Source: Blastocladiella emersonii ATCC 22665 (lineage: Eukaryota > Fungi > Blastocladiomycota). From it: a stretch of 64,000 nucleotides of DNA. Each line of letters begins with the position of its first letter. Positions within the stretch are counted from its first letter, which is position 1. A program made the translations under genes and the position numbers. The notes beneath the pieces are model-generated. The model searched no databases. It was not told the DNA's origin and worked only from the letters and a program-made list of their open reading frames with translations. Of this stretch, positions 24,062 to 35,548 are shown piece after piece. The DNA is taken from the NCBI GenBank assembly GCA_025594325.1, contig JANHCV010000003.1, forward strand, positions 1,178,001-1,242,000. The letters run 5' to 3'.

Positions 24062-27045
24062 ATGTTACGACGCAATGCACCCTCGACGCGCGGCGGGTTC
24101 CGCCCGCCCGTGCGCAACAGCGCCCCGCCGGCGGCCGCTGCTGCTCCGGCGCCGAGTGCCGCGCCGGTCGCTGCGGCCAAGGCCGCGACGCCGATTCCGA
24201 CCCCGCCGTCGTCTCTGACTCCCGCGAAGCGCGGCCGGGCGCGCACTGTCGTCGACGACGAGGACGAGAGCGACGGCGGGAGCTCGACGGCACCGTCCCA
24301 GCCCTCGCAACCGGCTGCCCCTGCTGCACCGCCAAAACCGATGGCACCGACCCCTCGTCCGCGTAAGGCGCTGGAACCGCCAGTGAAGAAGCAGCGCGTG
24401 GTAGCCGAGCCGCCGGCCCGCGCTGCCGCGCCCGCGGCGATCATCTTCACCGCGCTATGGTGAGAGCTTTGCCGTCACAGCGTGCAAGTCTGATCGCTAA
24501 CAGTCGTGATCCAGGCGCAAGCGCACCAACAAGAAGCACAAGAGCTGGGACGGCGACGGCACCATTGCCGCGTCCGAGACGAGCACCATCCTCCGCGACG
24601 GAGCTGGGCGAGAGTGCGCTGCTTCACCCCCACACGCTGCCACAATCGCTCACTCGTGTTCCCGCTCGTAGCATCGCCAAGGGCCGCAAGATGGTCCTCG
24701 AGCCAGGCAAGGAGTTTACCATGGGCACGTACGAGGTGGGGGTCGGTGACGTGGTCGTAAACCAGCCCGCGGCCCCCGCGCCAGTCCCCGCCGTCGCCCG
24801 CACGACGCGCGCGTCGGCTGCTGCCGCCGCGAGCCCAACCCCGAGCCCGCCCGTGCAGCGCTCGACGACGCCCGTCGCCTCGATCTCGCGCGTGCGCCGC
24901 ACCAATCTGCGCCCGCTGCACAACCCCGACGCCGCCATCGCCTTTGTCCTGCCGCGCCCACCGCCCGAGCACGTTGCTGCGAGCAACGCCGAAGGTGTCG
25001 TCGACGTGGTCGTCGACCCCGTGCTCTCGTCCAAGCTGCGCCCGCACCAGCGCGAGGGCGTCCAGTTCCTGTACGAGTGCGTGCAGGGGTACCGCGAGGG
25101 CGGGCATCACGGCGCTATCCTTGCTGACGAGATGGGGCTCGGCAAGACGCTCCAGGCTATCACGCTCATTTGGACTCTGCTCAGTACGGCTTCTCGCTGC
25201 TCGCTCGACCTGTGGCACGACAACTCATGGCGGTACTACGTAGACCAGAGCCCGTACGGCCGCGAGCGCGCCATGAGCCAAGCGCTCGTCGTGTGCCCCG
25301 CGAGTCTCGTCGCCAACTGGGCCCGCGAGTTTCGCACCTGGCTCGGCGATGGTACGCCTCGTCTCGCCGGCGCTCCACGCGCACTGCGACCTGACTGACC
25401 TCGCCGCTTCCTCTCGTAGAACGCGTCCGCACCTTCCCCGTCGTGGCCGGCACCAAGGTCGAGGAGTTCATCCGCGGGAACGTGTACCGCGTCATGATCA
25501 TCGGCTACGAACGCCTGCGCATCCTGCAGGACGTGGTCTCGCAGTGCCGGTTCGGCATCGTCATCTGCGACGAGGGCCACCGCATCAAGAACCCCGCCAT
25601 CAAGACGGCCGCGGTACGCATGCTAGCGCGACCACGCTGCGATCCTCCGCTCTGATCCTCGTCCCTCTGTCGCGTGTAGGCGCTCGAGAGTCTCGGCACG
25701 CGCCGCCGCGTCATCCTGTCGGGCACGCCGATCCAGAACGACCTGTCCGAGTTCTACGCCATGGCCGACTTTGTCAACCCGGGCATTCTCGGTACGGAGC
25801 CCGCCGTGCCGTCGCGCCGCACGGACCCGCTCAACTCACTCACTTGCGCGCGACGGTGTAGACACGCGCGCGGCGTTCAAGCACCGTTTCGAGACCCCGA
25901 TCGTCATGGGCCGTCAGCCCGACGCGTCGCCGTACGAGCGCAAGCTGGCGCGGGAGCGCACGCAGGAGCTCGCGGGGGTCACGGACCGGTTCGTGCTGCG
26001 GCGCACCGCCGAGGTGAACCGGCCGTACCTGCCGCCCAAGTGCGAGACGGTGCTGTTCTGCCGGCCCAACGGGCCGCAGCTCGCCGCGTACCAGTCGGCG
26101 CTCGCGCAGCTGCACGCGGAGCGCGACGATGGCGGCGGCGGCATCGACACGTCGATCTTGCAGTGGATCACGCGGCTCAAGAAGCAGTGCAACGCGGCCG
26201 ACGGCGTCAAGGCCGAGGTCGTCGGCGCGTTCCTCGACGTGGTGCTCGGCGAGACGGACGAGAAGGTGGTGCTCGTGTCCAGCTCGACGGCGTCGCTCGA
26301 CATCTTCCAGGGCCTGTGCGACGCGCGCGGCGTGCCCACGTTCCGGCTCGACGGGACCACGGCCGTCGAGAAGCGCCAGGACCTCGTCAATGCATTCAAC
26401 TCGCCCACGCACAAGACCCGCGTGTTTCTCCTCAGCGCACGCGCTGGCGGCGTCGGGCTCAACCTCGTCGGTGCCTCGCGGCTCGTCCTCACGGACATCG
26501 ACTGGAACCCGGCCGTCGACAGCCAGGCGCAGGCGCGCATCTGGGTACGCTCTGCTCTCACTGACCGTTGCCCATGGCGGAACGCTGACGGCCACGAAAC
26601 CCTCGTGTAGCGCGACGGCCAGACGCGGCCCGTCTTCGTGTACCGGCTGCTCGTGGCGGGCAGCATCGAGGAGAAGATGCTGCAGCGGCAGCTGACCAAG
26701 GAGAAGCTGCGCGACCACGTCCTCGAGGACTACGACGCGGGCCCGGTTGACGAGTCGGCCAACGTCGACGACTTTTCGACCGCCGAGCTCGCCGAGCTGT
26801 TTGACAAGGAGGCCACCACGGCCGCGTGCGCGTTCCACGACGCGCTCGACTGCGACTGCGCCGAGGACGGCGTGCAGGTCGGCGACGGCGGGTGGCGGCA
26901 CATTCGGGTCACGACGGTGCCGGTCGTGCAGGACGACGAAGACGAGGACGTGCGAATGCTGTTCCTCGATGAAGCGACGAGGTCGGTCGTGACGCGGACC
27001 CGCCGGTGCGTCTCGTACGTGTTCACGCGGGACGCCAAGGTGTGA
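24062..27045 (+). CDS. RAD54B: RAD54B/Rdh54-type SNF2 translocase, multi-exon
   Basis: N-terminal [20 protein letters not shown] (RAD54B-type); [76 protein letters not shown]. Confidence 0.92.
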
Positions 27046-27107
27046 TGGAGAAACAGAAGAGACATGCTTTTGGGTGCAATGACACTGTATTGATTCGGAC
27101 TGTTTGT

Positions 27108-27123
27108 GGTTTTAAGAAAAACC
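27108..27123 (-). promoter_or_regulatory. Histone 3' stem-loop of H2B
   Basis: Minus strand GGTTTT-TCTT-AAAACC followed by ACAAA, 85 nt after the stop; fits GGYYYU-UYUN-ARRRCC. Confidence 0.85.
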
Positions 27124-27208
27124 GTGATAGAGAGAGAGGGTTTTGATGGAGTACGGAGTTAGGGGAGGGTAGGTTGGAGCAGAACTGCGAGGGCCGAGGA
27201 GCGGCGGC

Positions 27209-27604
27209 TTACTGCTTGGTGGTCGAGGTGTACTTGGTCACGGCCTTGGTGCCCTCGGACACGGCGTGCTTGGCGAGCTCACCGGGGAGGAGCAGGCGGA
27301 CGGCGGTCTGGATCTCTCGGGACGAGATGGTCGACTTCTTGTTGTAGGCCGACAGCTTCGAGGCCTCCTCGGCGATGCGCTCGAAGATGTCCTGGACAAA
27401 CGAGTTCATGATGGACATGGCCTTGTTCGAGATACCGGTCTCGGGGTGCACCTGCTTGAGCACCTTGTAGATGTACGTGTTGAACGTCTCCTTGCGGGCG
27501 GCCTTGCGCTTGCCGGTCTTCTTCTCGCCAGTGGCGGCGGCCTTGACGGGGGCCTTGCCCGCGGGCTTCTTGGTGGCGACGGCGTCAGCGGACTTGGGGG
27601 CCAT
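27209..27604 (-). CDS. H2B: Histone H2B (intronless)
   Basis: MAPK...[23 protein letters not shown]...[41 protein letters not shown]. Confidence 0.99.
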   Translation of the reverse strand: MAPKSADAVATKKPAGKAPVKAAATGEKKTGKRKAARKETFNTYIYKVLKQVHPETGISNKAMSIMNSFVQDIFERIAEEASKLSAYNKKSTISSREIQTAVRLLLPGELAKHAVSEGTKAVTKYTSTTKQ

Positions 27605-27780
27605 GGTGAGGAAGTTGATGCGTGGTGGTGGTGGTGGTGCGCTACGTTGCAAGGAGAGCGTATGGGAGAGCAGACGAAGAAGGGTGCGGGCGGGCACCAG
27701 GGGTTTTTGATGCGCGTGTGGCTGTGGCTGCCGATGCAAGCGCGAGACTCGCTGTGCGTCAGTCCGCGGTCGGCCGAGAG

Positions 27781-27884
27781 ACCCACGTGGCCACGTGGCA
27801 GCGAAAATCGCTCCAGCTGCAGCCACGAGGCAGCGAGGTCAGCCACGTGCGGGGCTGAATTCTGTTCACCCACGTGGCCACGTG
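27781..27884. promoter_or_regulatory. CACGTG cluster in the divergent H2B/H2A promoter
   Basis: Five CACGTG (27784, 27792, 27844, 27871, 27879); 17-mer ACCCACGTGGCCACGTG repeated at 27781 and 27868. Confidence 0.6.
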
Positions 27885-28122
27885 CACGCATTTTCTCTTT
27901 CTCGCAGCTCCCACGGCTGCATGCGGCTTGCTCGCTCGCTCGACAGTGCACACGGCACCTTCAAGTAGACGCCGGTCCCCCGCGCCGCTCTCTCTCTCTC
28001 TGTCTTCGTCGTCGTTCACGTCTACTGCTACGAAACGCATCATCATCACCACGCTGAGCTAGCCACCGTCGCTCGCTCACCGTCTTCAATAACCGCACAT
28101 CTCCAACAACAACACCAACAAC

Positions 28123-28521
28123 ATGGCCGGCAAGGGTGGCAAGAAGTCCGTCGAGGCGGTCAAGGGCGGCAAGTCGCGCTCGTCCAAGGCCGGGCTCCAG
28201 TTCCCCGTCGGTCGTCTGCACCGCCTGCTGCGCAAGAGCCACTACGCGGCCCGCATCGGCGCCGGCGCGCCCGTGTACCTCGCCGCCGTGCTCGAGTACC
28301 TGGCCGCCGAGATTCTCGAGCTCGCTGGCAACGCTGCCCGCGACAACAAGAAGTCCCGCATTATCCCGCGCCATCTGCAGCTCGCCATCCGTAACGACGA
28401 GGAACTGAACAAGTTGCTCGCCAGTGTTACGATCGCGCAGGGCGGTGTGATCCCTAGCATTGCACCTCAGTTGCTGCCGGCCAAGGGCGGAAAGAAGAAC
28501 GCCGATTCTGATGCCGAGTAA
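28123..28521 (+). CDS. H2A: Histone H2A, copy 1 (intronless)
   Basis: [14 protein letters not shown]...[44 protein letters not shown]. Confidence 0.99.
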   Translation: MAGKGGKKSVEAVKGGKSRSSKAGLQFPVGRLHRLLRKSHYAARIGAGAPVYLAAVLEYLAAEILELAGNAARDNKKSRIIPRHLQLAIRNDEELNKLLASVTIAQGGVIPSIAPQLLPAKGGKKNADSDAE

Positions 28522-28653
28522 GTCGGCGGCGGCGGCGGGGTCGGCGGGTATCATCGTGGTCGGCGGCGACCAAGTCGGCGGCCGCGGTCCCTGACCCCCG
28601 ACCCCCACCTCACCCACCCACATCTCTCTCCCACTCCTCTCTCATTCTCTCCC

Positions 28654-28669
28654 GGCTTTTCTAAAAGCC
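28654..28669 (+). promoter_or_regulatory. Histone 3' stem-loop of H2A copy 1
   Basis: GGCTTT-TCTA-AAAGCC followed by ACCAA, 132 nt after the stop. Confidence 0.87.
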
Positions 28670-28849
28670 ACCAATACAGAGCAGCTATTCAAATAATTAT
28701 TTTGTGGGGTGACTCGATCAGGGGTGGAGTGAAGCGGAGTCGGTGGTCGGCCGACGCGTGTGGCGCAACGGTCGCGTCCAACTTTATGAGTCTCCCCTCT
28801 CTCGCTTAGGCTCATCGCTGTCGCCTGGTCTGGAGTAGAGTGTGTCGCT

Positions 28850-29257
28850 TGCTCCAAGTCTTTGAGCGAATGCGATGAGCGCGACCGAGGCCCAATGCGG
28901 AAAAGGTCTGTTGCTCGTGTCCGCCGCGGCCATGGATGACCACCAGGGCCGATCCTTCCTCCTCTGGTGCATGCTTGTCCGTCCTCGCCCGTCTTCAGGA
29001 GCTTGGCTGCGGCTCTCCTGGGGTTCTTCTTAGCGGGAGCTTCAGGGTCGGTTGTTTCAAGTCTTTTGAGAGGGTACAGATAGCGCGGCCAAGCTAGAGT
29101 GAGGAGAGGGTCGCTTGCGCGTGTCCGCCGCGGCCATGGCCATCACAGTTGATCTCTCTCGCTCCCCTTGCGCGCGCGTGCCGGTCCTCACCCGTCTTCA
29201 GGAGCTTGGCTGCGGCTCTCTTAGGGCTCGTCGTAGCGGGAGCTCAGGGCCGGTCGG
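28850..29257. repeat. Two diverged tandem copies of a ~204-bp unit (mirrored at ~38918-39325)
   Basis: Shared blocks CAAGTCTTT(T)GAG (~28855/~29058), CGTGTCCGCCGCGGCCATGG (28916/29120), CCCGTCTTCAGGAGCTTGGCTGCGGCTCTC (28988/29191), TAGCGGGAGCT(T)CAGGG. Confidence 0.8.
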
Positions 29258-30544
29258 CGCACTGTCCACTCAGATCAGCGACCATCAGGTTCGGAGCGAT
29301 CTAGTCCTCCGCGTCTTCATCGCTTCGAGTCTCGTTTGATGGGGTAGCCGCTTGAGATAGGGTCAGCACGTACCCTTGAGCCCCTGAGCGCCGAATGAGC
29401 CGACCGCGAGTGGTCAGGAACTTGGCAGTGAAGGAACGGGGCTCGCACACGACTCTCTCGCTGTCGCGGACCCATGGTCCGCCGCGGCCGCCGTGACGAC
29501 TTGGGGCGCCGACCCCGCTCGTCTCGCCCTACTCTCTGGACAAACTCTGACCTGTAGGCGGCCTGATCCGCTTCCATCCCCACGAATGAGGATCGTCGGG
29601 CGAGTGGCGCAGCGCGTCCGAGTCGCAAGTCGGAGGCGCATCGAGTGGCGCGACGCGACCCCGAAGCGGCTCGCTCTCTTCAAGCACCGAGATCACAATG
29701 TAAACTCATGCATACGCGCCCGCTACTTGCTGCATTATGATCCATGGCAACCTGGGAGCGCCTGAGCGGCGGTGATCGAGCGCTCCCGTTGGGGGAAATC
29801 GCTGGGCCTGCGCGGGGCAAGCTAGACCCGCTTCGCTTCCTCAACGCCGTCGAGCTCTGGTCCAAAGGACGTCGCCGATTGGCCTGTGAAACTTCGGTGA
29901 CGGCACCGGAGCCAAAATCACTTCTTGACGTGCTTTCACTACACGGAGATCGATGACAGCGCCTACACAAAACAGTGCAGCCACTATGAGCGCAAGTAGC
30001 TGAAACTCTTCGTTTCTGATCTGAGAGAAGCTTCTCGCCGTCGGGTAGTTCGACGCACGCACGGACGGGTTGCTTGCGCGGGTTGGTTGCGGGACGCACC
30101 GTCTTGGTGCTCGCGCGCAGCTGCTGCGGACGCGGTCGCAGTCGCATCGTTCCCAAATCGCACCGCATGCTCTACTCGCATAGCTTTGTTCACGCTGTTG
30201 CTCGCCGTGACCCAAATCGGCGCTGCGCGTGCTCACTGACTCGCAGGTGCTGATCAAGGGCGCCGAGACGCAGCTGTCTTTGCCGCTGAACCTGACGTGT
30301 CGTTGGGTTGCGCGCGTGGCGGAGCGCAACCACGGCGAGGGCACGGCGCACGGTGAGGCTCAAACAGGTTGGTAGCAGGAGACACCAACATGATGCGCCG
30401 TTGAATGGTTGCAAGGCGGCGGCGTCGTTGCGCACGGGGTTCACAAGAAAGCGAGGCGATCTGCCGCGCATCCATCGCGCATCCATGTCGTTCCCGCGGG
30501 CCACATGGCGCGGACGGCCGATGCGAGCGTGACCATCTGCTTAG

Positions 30545-31549
30545 GCGTGTCCCCGCCGACGAGATGTATGCCGCGCTCGTTGCCGCGATATCACGCGACC
30601 ACGTCAGCCACGTCGGCCCTCAGCGCGGTCGCAGCTGCTGCGACCACATCGGCTAACGGGAAGGCGGCCTCGTCCTCGTCGCCAACATCCCCGGCCGCGC
30701 CACCACCAGTGGCACCGGTGCCGTCGCCGATCCAGGGCAACGTGCTGTTCGGGTTCGACATGGACAAGCGCGTCGACCGCAAGTTCGTGCTGTCGATCGC
30801 CATGAAATGCGCCGACGTCAACAACCCGTCCAAGCCGCTCCGCCACTGCACGCAGTGGACCGCCTTCATCATGGAGGAGTTTTTCCGGCAAGGCGACGAG
30901 GAGCGGCGGCGAGGCATGGACATCTCGACGCTCATGGACCGGTACAACACGGATATCCCGAAGTGTCAAGTGGTACGCTTGTCTCGGGCATCGTGCGAGT
31001 GGGGCGGACGTGAACTGACTGTGCGTGTGCTCGAATCGTCTCCGTAGGGCTTCATCGACTTTGTCGTGGCGCCGCTCTTCGACGTGTGGGGAAGGTTCAT
31101 GAAGGACGACATCAAGCCGCTCGTGACCAACATTGCCAACAACAAGGGTACGTCGACTCGCGCATCGCGGTTTCCGTCCGCTGTCACTGACCTCGCCGAA
31201 TCTTGTAGTGTACTGGAAGGCGAAGATGCAAGAAGCGCAGGCCGCCGCGGCCGCTGCCGCAGCAGCAGCGACGCCCGCCGCCGCGCCACCGGTGCCCAAG
31301 GTCGAGACGCTGCCGCCATCTGCGCCGTCCGACTCCAGGCCACCACTGAACAAGGGCGAGAGTTCCAGGTCGCTCGCCAACGGGAACGGCTCGCCGGCGG
31401 CACCGCACGGCGCGGCATCGCACGCGGCGTCCAACACGGCGTCGGCGGCGATCCTCGTGTCCAAGGCCGAGCTGGGCTCCCCATCACACGACGTGGTCGT
31501 ACCCCTCAAGACGGCCACGCTAGCGCGGCAAGACGGCCCGGGCGTGTAG
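30545..31549 (+). pseudogene. Class I cyclic-nucleotide phosphodiesterase remnant (metal-binding core missing)
   Basis: C-terminal PDE motifs MKCADVNNP, EEFFRQGDEE, CQVGFIDFVV intact with canonical introns. Upstream piece DEMYAALVAAIS lies in another frame; no HD..H, SVLEN or TD motifs found. Confidence 0.65.
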
Positions 31550-31774
31550 CTGTGACTACTGTGCTAGACCATCTGCTCATTTGAATTGCTTATTGATTCC
31601 GTTGTATTTCGAGCGAGCGTGGTTGCTGAGGAAGGGGGGTCAGGCTAAGGTGGAGTGAAAGACGCGTTGCGCCACAGCGTGCTTCGTGCGGCGTGGCTTG
31701 AGCGATCCCTTCGGCCTTCGCAGACCGCAAGCTGCTCTGCTCACTGCACGATCTCCCACGCACCACGTAAACCA

Positions 31775-34700
31775 ATGAATCAATATGCAACTGGCGGCAT
31801 GCGACGGCGGCTGTACGACCCGCTCGTCAGCGACGCGCCGTCGCCGGGCGCAGTGAGCGACACGCCTTTGATTGACGGCGGCGGCCGCACGACACCGCTA
31901 TCGCCGCTTCCTCGACATGCTCCTCGGCTCTCACGGTTCATCAAGAGTGAGAGTTCCGGCGAACGTATGGCTTCGCCACCTGTGCAGCGCGCGATTCCCA
32001 TACCTGCTCCGCGGACTGCGCCAGCTCGAGTTCCCGTCATGGACGGCGGCGAGGGCAGCGCGTATACGTGGCGGATCAGTCCCGACCCACCACCTCCGCC
32101 TCCGTCGATCGATCATGAACTTGCTCCCAACGAGGCGGTTCTCAGCCACGACGACATGCGCATGTCGTGGCAGCGGCCGCCGCCGTTCCGCGCGCGGGCC
32201 GCGAGTGTGGACTCGCATACCGGTGGGTCCTGGGTCCTGAGAATGCTCGCACGGTTCAATATCCAGTCGTCCACTTGGTTGCCGCTCATCGTCGGGAGCA
32301 TCATTGCTCTGATCGGCGTCGGTACGCGACACGGCTGCGATGCGGGACCGCGTACCATTGCTAACCTGTGCAACGCCTCCAGGTGCCGCTCTTGGACTGC
32401 TTCTCTGGTTCAACGGCGTCGAGACGCGTACCTTCCAGCGTGACTTTCACACCCAATGCCAGCTGAGCGTCCGGTCGCTGGAAACGGTGATGCAGGTCCG
32501 GCTCAAGCAGTACGCTGAGAATGTGGCCGCCTTCACGTACTCGAGTCGCGAGGTTACCAACGGTACGCCCTTTTCTCATTCTCTCGAAGCATGCTCTCAC
32601 TGCCGGGATACTGCACTTCCAGACACCTTTATCAACTTCGTCAAGCGCTCGTCGTTCAATCCAGCGATCGTGTACTCGGTCTCGGTCATGCCCGTCATCA
32701 CGCCGAGCCAAATCCCGCTCTACAACTCGCTGTACACCAAAAACTTCTTCAACAATGACTCGTCCGTTGTGGCCGACGACCAAGTCGCGACTCCGCTCCC
32801 GATAATGTGCGTGTCCCGCTGGCTGTCCGATTCCGCGCCAACTCATTGCCACGCAACTGTAGCTTTCCAGAGGCGCGCTTCTCGTCGTCCATCGTCGGCA
32901 TGAACATTCTCTCATCGCCGCCACGTCGCAGGGCTGTCCTCGAGACGAACCGTACGCGGATGTGGGCAATCACGCCGCCGGTGCTTCTCGTGGACATCAA
33001 CCAGATTGGCATGATCTCGTTCTTGGTTGTCCGCGAGCGACCCGTAGCGACGACTCTCACGCCCTTCACGAAGTGGTTCGCCGCGGTCACTTTGCTTCTC
33101 AAGGACCTCTTCACCGAAGCCTTGGACCACACGCGCGGCGTGCCGACGCGTACCGAGGCCGCGCTTCGCATCGTCTACCCGCAGAGCCAGGAAAAGGTCT
33201 TCACATACGGACCGACCGACCCGGCCGACCTCGTGGTCCGTGACCGCTACGTGCTTCCGTTCCACGCGGTCAACGAGTCACCGTGGACGACCGAGTGCAT
33301 CCCGTCGCGGCCGTACCGTGCCCGCTTCCGCACCATCTGGCCGTGGGTCCTCCTCGGCGTGGTGCTCGCGTCGTTTGCGCTCATGGCCGAACTCGCGCGT
33401 CGCGGCCTCAAGCGTGTCATCGTGTCGCAGCAAACGCTGCACCAGCTTCGCGTGCAGGAACGGCTTTTGGGGACGTTGCAGGAGTATTCCAAGGCCATTA
33501 CACAGGCGATTCCCGATGCCATGGTCCTGCTCGACTCAGACGGCCGGATCATCGGCGTCAACGACGCGACCATGGAGATCACGGGCTACTGCATGGCCGA
33601 GCTGAACCAGATGCACGTCTCGGCGCTGCTCGTCGTGAGCGATGACGGCGGCCAGCTTCCTCCCTTTCACCTCTCTCCCGCGTCCTCTCAATCAACTTCT
33701 TCGGGCTCGGGCTCGGGCTCGCGCTCGACTTCGAGTACCGTCGCTTCCGTCACGAGCTCTTCGGCCACCAGTACGTCGCACAGCAGCAGAACCCTCGCAC
33801 CGCCTCGATCGCTTCCGCTTGAGCCAGGTACGCGCGAGGGCACGGTACGACGCAGCGACGGCTCGACGCTTCCCGTCCAGCTCTCGATCAGCATCGTCGA
33901 GGCGAGCGAGATTGTCGACCAGCAGCAGCGCGACTCGGCACGGCCATGGACCGTTTCGCCCGTGGTCACGGTACACGGACCCGCTGCTGCCCACGAGGTC
34001 ATGTCGCGGCACACGGTCGCCAACGAGTTTGCGCAGATCGTCCTCTTCCACGATATTTCGGACCAGGTCGAGCACGTCCGCGTCGCGGCCGCGCTTGGCC
34101 GACGCGCGACCGAGGCGGCCCAAGCGCGCGACCGGCTGCTTGGCTTCATTCTGGGCAGCGTCGCCAACCTCGCGAGCGACATGGTCACGGACCTGTCGAA
34201 CGCCGAAGAGCTTCTCGAGGAGCGAGGTCACGTCGGCGAGCTGGCGGACGCGAGCGAGGCGGCGCGGCACATGAAGGCCATGCTCGACGACGTGGCCGGG
34301 TTCGCAGGCATCGCTATTCCGCCCGCTGCTGACGCACTCGCTTCGCCTAGAGTCGGCGGTCCCGCTCAACCACTCGAGTTGGTGCTCCGCCGCATCATCG
34401 ATTCCGCTCTGGAACAGCGCCGGCCGACGGTTCAGGCCAAGCAGCTCGCGATCCTTAACGACATGCAGCTCGAGGGTCTCGACGCGCAGCAGTCCGTGGC
34501 TGCCGCGCGGTTCCTCGACTCGGACGCGGGCACCGGGCTCCGCGCCGTGATCGCCAAGACGGTGGCCGTCGGCGTCGGTGCGTCGCTTCCGCTCGCGCGC
34601 TGGCTCGTGCTCGTGATGGTCGTGCCTGTCGAGGATCCTATGGGCCCACCGATCAATCGGCCAGCGACCCCGCGCGACTCGAGTCTCGCAGCGCGTCACC

Positions 34701-35053
34701 CGCGTTCGTCTCGGAGCGACTCGTCCATGACGCGCCTCGAGGTCAGCCTTTCGGTGACGATCAGCCGCGTCGCGCCCGGGTGCATCACGATCCGGCCGCC
34801 GTCCAATGGCGGCGACGCGTCCGCCGCCACGAACGGTGCCGGCTCGGAGCAGTACCAGGACCTCGACCTGTCGCTCGGCTCGCGCGGCGCGCGGTTCGGC
34901 AACGTTGCTCTCACGTTCGCGGCGCTCACGCAGATGTCGGCGCGCATGGGCGGGTCGGTCGAGCAGCGCATGCCGCGCGTGAATGCCAGCGATGGCACCG
35001 AGCTCAAGCTCGTGGTCCGCGTTCCTATCGTTGTGCGCGCGGAGCGGCAGTGA
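31775..35053 (+). CDS. TM-CHASE-TM-PAS sensor with degenerate histidine-kinase-like C-terminus (4 exons)
   Basis: Two TM helices flank a CHASE-like region (SSREVTNDTFINFV; VGMNILSSPPRRRAV..AITPPVLLV); PAS AIPDAMVLLDSDGRIIGVN..ITGY..HDISD; HisKA/HATPase-like segments without the conserved His/Asn/Gly residues. Confidence 0.8.
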
Positions 35054-35548
35054 ATTATTCTGTGAGATACAAGAGAGTTATCGTCCTTGTTCCCGGTCCG
35101 TCTGACGCGCTGCGCCACCACGTGCACTTGAGGCGCGCGATGCGACCCGTACGGAGCCACTGATTCGCTTGTTTGCTACGATCAGTGCTGTCGCAGAACA
35201 GCATAGCGATGTCGTCAGAAGCTGCATCACGACGTCGTGTAAGAGTTGTCGATTTAATCATGATGGTTTGATTCACGCGTGCGCCACGACTTGCGGTTGA
35301 GGCGCACGTTCTGACCCAAGCGTGGCCGCCGAGCAGTCCTTCGGCACAATCAGTGCTGATGAAGCCGGCCTCGACACGTCCCATCCAAGCAGTTCAGGCT
35401 TGGAGAGCGGTTCCAACGAGGATCGACTCAGCGCGCACCTCGAGGCCTCGCGAACCATGGATTTCGACAAAAACTTCATACATTGCGATTCTACTACTTC
35501 ACTCTGTTGTACATGGCTCCCACGAACGCCGCAGACGAGCGGGCGCGC

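Larger units (their letters stand above)
27948..29913 (+). repeat. Left arm of 1966-bp inverted repeat
   Basis: Reverse complement of 38262-40227. All mirrored ORF coordinates sum to 68175 with identical translations; hand-compared stretches showed no mismatch. Confidence 0.97.

Noticed and set aside
28518-28690. GTAAGT donor overlapping the H2A stop, which could splice out the stop and stem-loop
   Set aside because: G-TAA-G arises trivially at stops (H2B has GTAAGC too); branch-to-AG spacing is atypical; no acceptor yields an SQ motif or sensible tail.
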